Source: an uncultured Chloroflexia bacterium
Lineage (GTDB): Bacteria > Chloroflexota > Limnocylindria > Limnocylindrales > CSP1-4
Reading direction: 5' to 3'
Length of the DNA stretch: 64,000 nt
NCBI GenBank assembly: GCA_963746845.1
Contig: CAVVCZ010000004.1
Coordinates: forward strand, 1,280,001-1,344,000
A model generated the notes under the pieces. The model did no database searches. It worked only from the letters and a program-made list of their open reading frames with translations, and was not told the DNA's origin. Position numbers and translations under genes: made by a program. This document shows positions 48,138 through 57,072 of this stretch, piece by piece. How positions within the stretch are numbered: position 1 is the stretch's first letter; each line of letters starts with the position of its first letter.

Positions 48138-49396
48138 GACACCGGCGCCGGGCCGGCGTCCCGCCATGCCGCAGCCTCGGGATCGCGCCCGATCGCGAGG
48201 ATCAGCGCGGCCACGAGCGCGGTCCGCGGCACGATCGAGGCGACCTCCAGGTATTCCGCGGGCGAGTGGTCCATCCCGCCGATCGGTCCCAGACCGTCCA
48301 GCGTCGCGACGCCCATCCCGGACGTCGTGTTCGCATCGGACGCCCCGCCCGTGGCCGCGGCCCCGACCGTGAACCCGAGCCGTTCGGCGAGGGCCTGCAC
48401 GTGGTCGACGAGCCGGCCGGATCGATCGAGCTTCTCCATCGGCCACCAGCGGGCCATCTCGGTGACCTCGGCGCGAGTGTCGGGCACCGCGAGGGTCGCG
48501 AGCATCGCCCGGATCTCGGCCTCGGCCGTCTCGAGATCGGCTCGCCGGACGGCCCGCAGGTCGACCTCCAGAGAGCACCGCTCCGCGACGACGTTCGGCC
48601 GGGTCCCGCCCTGGATCACCCCGACATTGACCGTGACCCCGTCCCAGCGCCCGTTGAGGGCGTGCAGCCGGGTCACCAGGTCGGCCGCGGCGAGCACCGC
48701 GGAGCGGCCCTTCTCGGGCTCGACGCCCGCATGCGCGGCCCGCCCAGACACGGTGATCCGCGCGTCGACGATCCCCTTGCGCGACGAGACGATGTCGCCG
48801 TTCGCGCGGGCGCACTCGAGGACGAGACAGGCGTCGCTCTCCGCGGCGATCTCGCGGATGTGGGGCGTCGAGGTGATCGAGCCGATCTCCTCGTCCGGGT
48901 TCGCGACGAACGTCACCCGTTCGAACGGCAGCGGACCGCGCGCGACGAGGGTCTTCAGGGCATAGAGGCCGGCCAGCAACCCGGACTTCATGTCCGTGAC
49001 CCCGGGCCCGCGCGCGATGCCATCGGCGTCGATCGAGAACGGCCGCTCAGCGGCGGTCCCCGGGTCGAACACCGTGTCCATGTGCCCGATGAGGAGGAGC
49101 CGTGGACCACCCGTCGCCCCGTGCCCGGTCTCGGCATCCCACGTTCCGATGACCGTGGCAGCGAACCGGCCAGCCGGGTCCGGTCGCCGTTCGACGCGAG
49201 CGCCGACCCCCGCGAGGAAGTCGGCGACGAACGCGCCGATCCGGTCCACGCCCTCGGGCGTGTACGAGCCACAGTCGGTGTTCACCAGGCGCTCGAGATC
49301 GGCGAGGTACGCGGGCTCGCCGGCACGGGCCGCCGCCTCGATCTCGGCCAGCTCGTCGGCGGCGACGCCCGCACCCGGGGTCGTCAGGGTGTCCAT
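48134..49396 (-). CDS. M20 metallopeptidase (glutamate carboxypeptidase G2-like)
   Basis: GHMDTVF, GPGVTDMKSG, DEEIGS, AAHAG, GGASDAN, DGLGPIG, HS. Confidence 0.9.
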   Translation of the reverse strand: MDTLTTPGAGVAADELAEIEAAARAGEPAYLADLERLVNTDCGSYTPEGVDRIGAFVADFLAGVGARVERRPDPAGRFAATVIGTWDAETGHGATGGPRLLLIGHMDTVFDPGTAAERPFSIDADGIARGPGVTDMKSGLLAGLYALKTLVARGPLPFERVTFVANPDEEIGSITSTPHIREIAAESDACLVLECARANGDIVSSRKGIVDARITVSGRAAHAGVEPEKGRSAVLAAADLVTRLHALNGRWDGVTVNVGVIQGGTRPNVVAERCSLEVDLRAVRRADLETAEAEIRAMLATLAVPDTRAEVTEMARWWPMEKLDRSGRLVDHVQALAERLGFTVGAAATGGASDANTTSGMGVATLDGLGPIGGMDHSPAEYLEVASIVPRTALVAALILAIGRDPEAAAWRDAGPAPVS

Positions 49397-49473
49397 GGGC
49401 CGAAGTCTAGGTGCGCCGCGGTGTCTCACGTGCCGTCACCGGCACCACAGGCCCGGACTATGCTGCCCGGACC

Positions 49474-51282
49474 GTGCGCGTGATCGAGACTCGCCTGCTC
49501 GAGGGACCGAACGTCTACCGGCTCGAGCCGGTGGTGAAGATCGAGGTTGCGGTCGGTCGCCGTCGGACGTGGTACGGCCAGCGGAGCCCCGGCCGCCACG
49601 CGCTCGTCCACCTCGGCGCGGACGTCGCGCCGCGCGACTGGCCGCTTCCCGTCGACGGGTTGGTCGGCTGGATCCGGCGGCTCCGCGTGGACCACGGCGA
49701 GGGCCGGGGTGGAGTGGCCGTCCACCGCTCATCGGACCCCGGGCACTGGATCGTCACGTTCCCCTGGACCGGCGCCGAGCGGGCCCAGACGATCGCGGAC
49801 GCGGCCGTCGGGCTGGCAGAGCGCGACGTCTCGCCCGTCCGACGTGCACACCTGACCGGCTCCCAGGAACGCCAGGTCGCCCGCTGGTCCGAGCGGATCG
49901 CCGAGTCGCGGGCCACGCCGCCTGCATGGGTCCGGGACGCCGATCGGCGGATCCCGGTCGTCTCGATCACCGGGACGAACGGCAAGAGCACCGTGACCCG
50001 GCTCGTCACCCACATCCTCAAGGTCGCGGGACGGCGGGTCGGGACGACGACGTCGGACGGGGTGCTCGTCGACGAGCGGCTGGTCGAGCCGGGCGACTGG
50101 ACCGGGCCGGGCGGCGCGTGGCAGATCCTCGAGCGATCCGACGTCGACGTCGGCGTGCTGGAGACCGCCCGGGGTGGGCTGGTCCTGCGCGGGATGGGCT
50201 ACGAATCGAACGACGCGAGCGTGATCACCAACGTCACGTCCGACCATCTCGACCTGCAGGGGATCCACACGCTGCCAGAGCTGGCCGAGGTCAAATCCAC
50301 GGTCGCCCGCGCGACCCGTCCCGAGGGCTGGGTCGTCCTGAACGCCGACGACCCGCTCGTCGCGGCGGTCGCGCGGCGGGTCCGGGCCCACATCGCGATG
50401 TTCTCGCTCGGTTCGGGCCGGGGCCTCGCGACCGTCCGGCGGACCGCCGCGAACGGCGGCCGAGGCTACGTCCTCCGCGACGGCTGGCTCGTCGAGATCG
50501 ACGGGAGCCATGGCGGTGCGCACGACGGCCATGGCAGCCACGGTGGTCACGACGACGACCCGGTCGAGCACCGGATCATCGAGGTCGACCGTGTGCCGAT
50601 CACCCTCGGCGGGCTGGCCCGCCACAACGTCGCGAACGCCCTCGCCGCAGCCGGGGCCGCGCGCGGACTCGGGGTGACGCTCGCCCAGCTCCGGGACGGC
50701 CTCGCGGACTTCCAGCCGTCGTCCGAGCGCTCGCCGGGTCGCCTGAACCTGTTCCGGCTGGGCGCGCGGATCGTGATCGTCGACTTCGCCCACAACGAGG
50801 CCGGGGTCAACGCGGTCCTCGACGTGGCCGAGGGGATCGCCGGCGGGGCCGCCGGCCGGACGGCGCCGGTGACGGCGATCGTGGGCACGGCCGGCGATCG
50901 CCCGGACGACACGCTCCGGGGGATCGGGCGGATCGCCGGACAACGCGCCCAGCGGGTCGCCATCAAGGAAACCCTGAAGTACCTTCGCGGCCGGAGCCGC
51001 GAGTCGGTGGTCGGCGAGATCCTGGCGGGGATCGCGTCCGCGAAGCGGTCGACCGCCGACGTGACGGTCTACGAGTCGGAGACCGCGGCACTCCGCGGGG
51101 AGCTGGCAAGGAGCGACGGAGCGAGCAAGCCCGAGGCGCCCCGCGTGATCGTCCTGATGTGCCACGAGGAGCGCGAAGAGGTGTTCGCGCTGCTGACGGA
51201 GCTCGGCGCCCGCCCGGTCGACGTCGGCAGCGAGCTGACGACCCTCGTCCCGCGGCTCCAGACGCGGCCGCGCCGCGCCTGA
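49474..51282 (+). CDS. CphA-derived Mur-ligase protein lacking the ATP-grasp domain
   Basis: N-terminus VIETRLLEGPNVY matches CphA IIETRILRGPNYW; then ITGTNGKST, ETARGG, TNVTSDHL, LNADD, HNVANALAA, PGRLN, DFAHN, AGDR; no KPLDGNHG or other ATP-grasp motif. Confidence 0.85.
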   Translation: MRVIETRLLEGPNVYRLEPVVKIEVAVGRRRTWYGQRSPGRHALVHLGADVAPRDWPLPVDGLVGWIRRLRVDHGEGRGGVAVHRSSDPGHWIVTFPWTGAERAQTIADAAVGLAERDVSPVRRAHLTGSQERQVARWSERIAESRATPPAWVRDADRRIPVVSITGTNGKSTVTRLVTHILKVAGRRVGTTTSDGVLVDERLVEPGDWTGPGGAWQILERSDVDVGVLETARGGLVLRGMGYESNDASVITNVTSDHLDLQGIHTLPELAEVKSTVARATRPEGWVVLNADDPLVAAVARRVRAHIAMFSLGSGRGLATVRRTAANGGRGYVLRDGWLVEIDGSHGGAHDGHGSHGGHDDDPVEHRIIEVDRVPITLGGLARHNVANALAAAGAARGLGVTLAQLRDGLADFQPSSERSPGRLNLFRLGARIVIVDFAHNEAGVNAVLDVAEGIAGGAAGRTAPVTAIVGTAGDRPDDTLRGIGRIAGQRAQRVAIKETLKYLRGRSRESVVGEILAGIASAKRSTADVTVYESETAALRGELARSDGASKPEAPRVIVLMCHEEREEVFALLTELGARPVDVGSELTTLVPRLQTRPRRA

Positions 51283-51339
51283 TCGGTCCATCGACTCCCG
51301 GGGTGCTCGCCCGGCGGGCAGCGGCGGGTTGACCCGGGC

Positions 51340-52413
51340 CTACGACACCCCGGCGAGCAGCGCGTCGATCCGGTGGGTCACCGCGCCGGAGCCTTCCGTG
51401 ACATTCGAGACGACGGCCACCCGCTCGCCCGTTCCCGGGTAGGTCCAGGCGCGGGCGCTGGCGCCCCCGTCCTCGCCGGTGTGCCCGAAGCGGGCGGACG
51501 GGCCGTCGCCGACGTGGAGCACGCCACAACCGAAGCGGAAGATGCCGTTGTCACTCGCAACGTGGGGACCGATGACATGCGCCCGTGTCGGCGCGGACAG
51601 GAAGGCGTCCGCCTTTGCTCCTCGCCCGGACAGCCCGTCCAGGAGCCGGATGAGGTCCGGCGCAGTCACCTGGACGCCGCCGTCCGGTCCGCCCATCGCC
51701 GGCACCGCGTATACGTTCGTTCGCCAACCGGCCGCGGGCGTGCCCGGCGCCGCACCCTCGGCGGGCGGCAGGTATCCGATCGCGAGGCCCGAGACCACCG
51801 CGTCGAGTGCCCAGAACCCGCTTCGGGCCATCCCCAGCGGCACGAAGACCTCCCCGCGGACCAGCTCCGGAAAGGCGAGACCGCTGACCTCCTCGAGGGC
51901 GATCCCGAGGAGCACGAACGCGCCGTCGTTGTACGCGGCGGTGGTCCCGGGCGCGGCCGCCTGCGGCAGGTTCACGAGCAGCGGCATCATGTCCCGCGGC
52001 CCGCGGATGACCGTCGACGGCGTGCGGGTCCAGATCGCCTCGAACGGCTCGTCGCCCTCCTCGTCGAAGTAGTCGCCGATGCCGGACGTGTGCGTCAGCA
52101 GGTGGTGGAGCGTGATCCCCGGATCGAAGGCCGGTGGCCGGTACGCTGCCCCGACGAGGTCGGCGTAGCGCGCGTCCCAGGCAAACACGCCGCGATCCAC
52201 GAGCCTCGCGACCGTCAGAGCCGTCACGAGCTTGCTGATCGAGGCCACCGCGTAGCGCATCGAGACCGCGTTCGGGATCCCGTTCGCACGGTCCGCCAGT
52301 CCGCGTTCGATCGTCAGCGGCGGTTCGCCATCGTCTCCGACGAGGTGGACGACCCCCGCGAAGTCGAGCTCGTCGAGCGACGCGTTCAGCGCCCCCCGAT
52401 CGAGCGCCGGCAA
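51340..52413 (-). CDS. Serine hydrolase, beta-lactamase (class C/AmpC-like) family
   Basis: ASISK (SxxK), HHLLTHTSG, AYND (YxD in place of YxN), FGHTG; TTG start just after the cphA stop. Confidence 0.87.
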   Translation of the reverse strand: MPALDRGALNASLDELDFAGVVHLVGDDGEPPLTIERGLADRANGIPNAVSMRYAVASISKLVTALTVARLVDRGVFAWDARYADLVGAAYRPPAFDPGITLHHLLTHTSGIGDYFDEEGDEPFEAIWTRTPSTVIRGPRDMMPLLVNLPQAAAPGTTAAYNDGAFVLLGIALEEVSGLAFPELVRGEVFVPLGMARSGFWALDAVVSGLAIGYLPPAEGAAPGTPAAGWRTNVYAVPAMGGPDGGVQVTAPDLIRLLDGLSGRGAKADAFLSAPTRAHVIGPHVASDNGIFRFGCGVLHVGDGPSARFGHTGEDGGASARAWTYPGTGERVAVVSNVTEGSGAVTHRIDALLAGVS

Positions 52414-52418
52414 CCGGC

Positions 52419-55322
52419 TCAGCCCTCCGGGACCTCGAGCTCGCCCGGATCGGCGAAGGCGGTCGTCCCCCGCGCCGAGCCGGACGCGGCCATCGCCTCG
52501 CGGTAGACCGCGACCGCGTCGTCGACGCAGCACACGATCAGGTCGCCGGGCGCCGCGCGCCGGAGGGCCGTGCGAACCGCGGCGAGCTCCTCGAGGATCT
52601 TCTCTGCCTTCAGCGCCCGCGCGCCACCGGCCCGGGCGCTGCGCACGCCGTCGACGACGTTGCCAGCGGACTCGCCCGGCGCTCGCCCCCGGAGGTTCTT
52701 GTCCTCGCGGACGATGATCTCGTCGAACGCCTTCGCGGCGATCGCCCCGTATTCGCGCTGGTCGTCGTCGCGCCGGTCGCCCGGGATCCCGATCACGCCG
52801 ATCGCCCGGCCGCCGCGCGCATGGCCGTTCGAACGGGGCCCGATCCGGCCCGCCTTCGACTGCGGCTCGGTCATCATCCGCTCGACGAAGTCCGCGAGCT
52901 GGCGCATCCCGTCGACGTTGTGGCAGTAGTCGATGACGACCCGGATGCCGCCGACGTCGAGCAGGTTCAGCCGGCCCGGCGCCTGGAAGAACGACGTCGA
53001 GAACGTCCGCAGCCCCTGCCGGATGTCGTGGAGATGGGCGCCGGCCGCCCACGCCGCCGCCGCGGCGGCGAGCGCGTTCGCGACGTTCATCCGCGCCCGT
53101 CCACCGAAGGTCGCCGGGATCAGGTGGGTGTACAGGACCGGCATCGTCCGCGGCCCGTGGCGGAGGACGATCAGCTCGCCCTCGGGTCCTGGCTGGAGGA
53201 CGAACGCGGCGTTGCCCCGCGACGTGTGGCCGTCGACCCGGTCGTAACCGTCCTCGCCCTTGTCGGTCGCCATGCTGAACAGCACGACCCGGCCGGCGCA
53301 ATGGCGGCCCATCCGGTAGACGTGGCCGTCGTCGGCATTCAGCACGGCCGTGCCGGACCGCGGCACCGCCTCGACGATCACGCCCTTGACGTTCGCGAGC
53401 TGGCCGATCGTGTCGATCCCGCCGAGCCCGAGGTGGTCGCCGGTGATGTTCGTGACGACCGCGACGTCGTTCCGGTCGTAGCCGAGGCCCTCGCGCAGGA
53501 TCCCGCCGCGGGCCACCTCGAACACCGCCGTGTCGACGGTCGGGTTCTGGAGGACCATCTGGGCCGACTTCGGGCCCGACATGTCGCCCTTCTTGATCAG
53601 CCGGCCGTCGATGACGATGCCGTCGGTCGAGGTCATCCCGACCCGCTTGCCCTTGAGCTTCAGGATGTGGGCGATCATCCGGACGGTCGTCGTCTTCCCG
53701 TTCGTGCCGGTGACCGCGATGATCGGGATCCGGGCGGGGCTGCCGGGCGGGAACAGGCCGTCGATGACCGGCCGGGCGACGTACTGCGGCTCGCCCTCGG
53801 TCGGGTGGGTGTGCATCCGGAACCCGGGCGCGGCGTTGACCTCGACGATCGCGCCGCCGGTCTCCCGGACGGGCGTCGCGATGTCCGGGCAGATGAAGTC
53901 GATCCCGGCAATGTCCAGGCCGACGATCTGGGCGGCGGTCTCGGCGATCTCCACGTTGTCGGGGTGGGCCTCGATCGTCCGGTCGATGGACGTGCCGCCG
54001 GTCGACATGTTGCCGGTGAGCGCGAGCTTGACGAATACCCCCGCCGGCGGGACGTCGTCCAGCCCGAACCCCTGGTCGCGGACGAGCCCCTCGGCCGCCT
54101 CGTCGACCTTGATCCGGGTCAGGACCTTCTCGTGGCCGATGCCGCGGCGCGGATCGGCGTTCGCGACGTTGACGAGCTGGCGAACGGTGTGCTCGCCGTC
54201 GCCGGTGACGCTCGCCGGGACGCGCTCGGCGATGGCGGCGACCTTGCCCCCGATCACGAGGCAGCGATAGTCGTTGCCCGCGACGTAGCTCTCGACGACG
54301 AGGTCGCCGCTGCGGCTCTCCCTCGACGCCCCGTGGTAGGCGGCGCGGACGGCCTCCTCGGAGCGAAGGTCGAGATGCACGCCGCGGCCATGGTTGCCGT
54401 CGAGCGGCTTGACGACGCACGGGAAGCCGATCCGGAGCGCGGCCTCGACGGTCGCCTCCTCGGTGTCGACGACGGCGCTCTTCGGGACGGGCAGCCCGGC
54501 CGAGTCGAGCAGGCGGTTCGTCAGGCTCTTGTCGCTCGCGATGTCGACGGCGATCCCCGACGTCATCGAGGTCATCGTCGCCCGGATCCGCTGCTGGTGG
54601 ACGCCCTGGCCGAGCTGGACCAGCGAATGGCGATCGAGGCGGATCCATGGGATGTCGCGGGACGCCGCCTCGTCGAGGATCGCCTGTGTCGACGGTCCGA
54701 AGGCCGCCCGCTCCGCGAGACGGATCAACCGCTCGAGCTCCGCCATGAAGTCGATCGCGACGCGGTCGTCGTCGGGCGCCACGAGGTGGTTGACGAGCGC
54801 CACGGCGATCTTGCCGGCCTCGATCCCGACCATCTCCTCGCGGAACTCGTAGATCACGTTGTACCGGCCGTATTCGCCGGTCGTCCGCGTCTTGCCGTGG
54901 CGGACGTCCGTGCCGGCGAGGTTCTGCAGCTCGAGGGCGATGTGCTCGGCGATGTGGCCGGCCCAGGTGCCCTCGCGGAGTCGCGTGATGAACCCACCCC
55001 GCCGGCCGAGGCTGCAGGCGTGGTCCTCGAGGCTCGGCAGGAGGTTGACGAGCGCCTCGGTGAAACCCGGGATCTTGTTGCTCGGGAACTCCTCGAGGAC
55101 CCCGAGGTCGACGACCATCCGGACGACCGGCTCGCGGGCCCAATAGTTCGGGCCGCGGAGGATCCGGGTCTCGATGATCCGGAGGGTCGGCTCCGGGCGG
55201 CTGCCGTTGCGCTGACCGTCCGCCGCGCGGCGGCGCGGCGTCGGCGGGCTCTTCGTCTTCGAAGCGCCCGCTGCGCTGGTTGCCGTCTTCTTCTCGCGCG
55301 GCTGAGGAGCGGTCCGGGCCAC
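52419..55322 (-). CDS. cphA: Cyanophycin synthetase (CphA1)
   Basis: RGPNYW, C-x19-H-x2-EH, FGPST, KPLDGNHGRG, NMSTGG, EVNAAPGFRMH, VTGTNGKTT, EVARGG, PGRLN, DYCHN, PGDRRD. Confidence 0.96.
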   Translation of the reverse strand: MARTAPQPREKKTATSAAGASKTKSPPTPRRRAADGQRNGSRPEPTLRIIETRILRGPNYWAREPVVRMVVDLGVLEEFPSNKIPGFTEALVNLLPSLEDHACSLGRRGGFITRLREGTWAGHIAEHIALELQNLAGTDVRHGKTRTTGEYGRYNVIYEFREEMVGIEAGKIAVALVNHLVAPDDDRVAIDFMAELERLIRLAERAAFGPSTQAILDEAASRDIPWIRLDRHSLVQLGQGVHQQRIRATMTSMTSGIAVDIASDKSLTNRLLDSAGLPVPKSAVVDTEEATVEAALRIGFPCVVKPLDGNHGRGVHLDLRSEEAVRAAYHGASRESRSGDLVVESYVAGNDYRCLVIGGKVAAIAERVPASVTGDGEHTVRQLVNVANADPRRGIGHEKVLTRIKVDEAAEGLVRDQGFGLDDVPPAGVFVKLALTGNMSTGGTSIDRTIEAHPDNVEIAETAAQIVGLDIAGIDFICPDIATPVRETGGAIVEVNAAPGFRMHTHPTEGEPQYVARPVIDGLFPPGSPARIPIIAVTGTNGKTTTVRMIAHILKLKGKRVGMTSTDGIVIDGRLIKKGDMSGPKSAQMVLQNPTVDTAVFEVARGGILREGLGYDRNDVAVVTNITGDHLGLGGIDTIGQLANVKGVIVEAVPRSGTAVLNADDGHVYRMGRHCAGRVVLFSMATDKGEDGYDRVDGHTSRGNAAFVLQPGPEGELIVLRHGPRTMPVLYTHLIPATFGGRARMNVANALAAAAAAWAAGAHLHDIRQGLRTFSTSFFQAPGRLNLLDVGGIRVVIDYCHNVDGMRQLADFVERMMTEPQSKAGRIGPRSNGHARGGRAIGVIGIPGDRRDDDQREYGAIAAKAFDEIIVREDKNLRGRAPGESAGNVVDGVRSARAGGARALKAEKILEELAAVRTALRRAAPGDLIVCCVDDAVAVYREAMAASGSARGTTAFADPGELEVPEG

Positions 55323-55381
55323 GATCCCTCCAGCGGTCCGATCGGCGTCGCCCGAGTGTACCCGTCGGCCGTGCGGATGAC

Positions 55382-56218
55382 CTACTCGGACGCGGCTTCG
55401 CCGCCGGAGATCGCGTGGAGCGTCGGGGTCGCCAGGCGGCGTCGGTGGCGCAGGTCGAACCGGTAGCCCGACGGCAGCGAGTGCAGGACCACGTTGCTGA
55501 TCATCAGCGGCTTGTGGCCGCGGACCTCCCAGGCGTCGGTCTCGGACTCGGCCCCGTCGACGACCGTGATGCTTCCCCGCCCGATCACCTCCATGACGCC
55601 GTCCGGGCCGACGACCCCGGCCGTGTCCTCGTCGACGCCCAGCCCGAGGAGCGACGGGTTCTGGGCGATGAGGCTGAGCAGCCGCCCGAGTCGGTTCCGC
55701 TGCTGGAAATGCTGGTCGACGATCACGCCCGGGAGCATCCCGAGACCCGCGGCGATCTGGGCCATCCGGTGCTTCGGCGTCGCGCCGGACGCCCCGAACG
55801 CGATCATGTGGCTGCTCATCGCGGACGCGCCGGCACTCGTCCCCGCCATCACGGCGCCGTGCCGGAACCGGTCGAGCATCGCGTCGGCCAGCCGCGTCCC
55901 GCCGACCTGCGACGCGAGCTTCAGCTGGTTGCCGCCGGTCAGGAACACCCCGGTCGCGTCCCGCAGCGCGAGCGCGACGGACTCGTCGTTCGCCTGGGGC
56001 CGCGTCGCGGCGTGGAGCGTCCGGACGGTCGTCACGCCGAGGTCCGTGAAGATGTGGCGGTAGCGCTCGCCCGCCTCGGTCCCGAGGCTGGACGCGGTCG
56101 AGATGACGACGATGGTCGCGTCGCGACCACCGGCCAGGGTCACGAACCGGTTCAGGATCACCCGGTCGCGGACCTTGTCCTCCGCCCCTCCGATGATGAT
56201 GACGGTCCCGTCGGTCAC
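55382..56218 (-). CDS. cphB: Cyanophycinase
   Basis: IIGGAEDK, FLTGGNQ, AGTSAGA, DQHFQQRNRLGRL, GVDEDT. Confidence 0.96.
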   Translation of the reverse strand: MTDGTVIIIGGAEDKVRDRVILNRFVTLAGGRDATIVVISTASSLGTEAGERYRHIFTDLGVTTVRTLHAATRPQANDESVALALRDATGVFLTGGNQLKLASQVGGTRLADAMLDRFRHGAVMAGTSAGASAMSSHMIAFGASGATPKHRMAQIAAGLGMLPGVIVDQHFQQRNRLGRLLSLIAQNPSLLGLGVDEDTAGVVGPDGVMEVIGRGSITVVDGAESETDAWEVRGHKPLMISNVVLHSLPSGYRFDLRHRRRLATPTLHAISGGEAASE

Positions 56219-56325
56219 AGAATGAATGCACCGCTGCGGCTCGGGTGAGGATAGCGGGTCCGGGACATGAAGAGGCCCGCCGTCATCCTCGGCGGCTTTG
56301 GCCAGCGCGGGTTAGAGTGTCGTCG

Positions 56326-56991
56326 ATGCCCCGTTCCCGGCTGTCGTCCCTCGTGGTCCCCGGCGTGCTCTCGCTGGCCGCCCTGGCGCTGAGCCACGAG
56401 CTGATCTACCGCATCGCGCACGGCGCCGGCGAGGGCTACGAGGCTGCGATGCGGGAAGGCGGCCACGACAGCGTCTGGACCAGCTTCCTGCCGATCGTCG
56501 CCCTCGTCGTCACCAGTGGGCTGTCGGTGGTCGGCGTCTGGCAGGTCCGCCGGCTCCGGCGACTGGCGGCCGCGATGCGCGCGAAGTCCGTCCGTGTCGG
56601 TGACGTAGGCCCATCGCGGTTCTTCGGCCTGCTTGGACCGCTCTGGCTTCGGCTGGCCGTCGCGGTCGTGGTTGTCTACGTCCTCCAGGAGAACATCGAG
56701 ACCGCGCGCACGGGAGCGTCATTGCCGGGGCTCGGCGTCCTCGGAGGCGAGCACGTCCTGGCGCTGCCGGTCATGGTTGCCGCCAGCTTCCTCGTCGCAG
56801 CCGTTGGCGCGCTGGTCGGATGGCGGCGCGAGGTCATCCTCGCCCGGCTCCTGGCGGCGGCACAACGGCCTCTGCGGACCGCGTCAACGACGCGGCGGCC
56901 GTCCGTCTCGAGCGATCGGCCGAGGGGCATCACCGAGGAACGCCGAAACGGCGTCCGCGCACCTCCGTCTGTGCGGTTCGCTCCCGTCTGA
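56326..56991 (+). CDS. Hypothetical membrane protein
   Basis: Four hydrophobic segments, HELIY and QENIE polar motifs; ATG 7 nt after TAGAGT. Confidence 0.65.
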   Translation: MPRSRLSSLVVPGVLSLAALALSHELIYRIAHGAGEGYEAAMREGGHDSVWTSFLPIVALVVTSGLSVVGVWQVRRLRRLAAAMRAKSVRVGDVGPSRFFGLLGPLWLRLAVAVVVVYVLQENIETARTGASLPGLGVLGGEHVLALPVMVAASFLVAAVGALVGWRREVILARLLAAAQRPLRTASTTRRPSVSSDRPRGITEERRNGVRAPPSVRFAPV

Positions 56992-57072
56992 TCCCGTCCG
57001 CCGAGCGTTGCGCCGAGGGCGGGACCCACCGCGCGTCTCGCACAGCGGGTCGCCGCTCCCACGGAGAACGAT

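Noticed and set aside
49474-51282. Ordinary peptidoglycan Mur ligase or FolC
   Set aside because: CphA-type N-terminus and motifs (ETARGG, PGRLN, GDR), and no dcw or folate context
51340-52413. Antibiotic-resistance beta-lactamase
   Set aside because: No signal peptide; generic serine hydrolase motifs only
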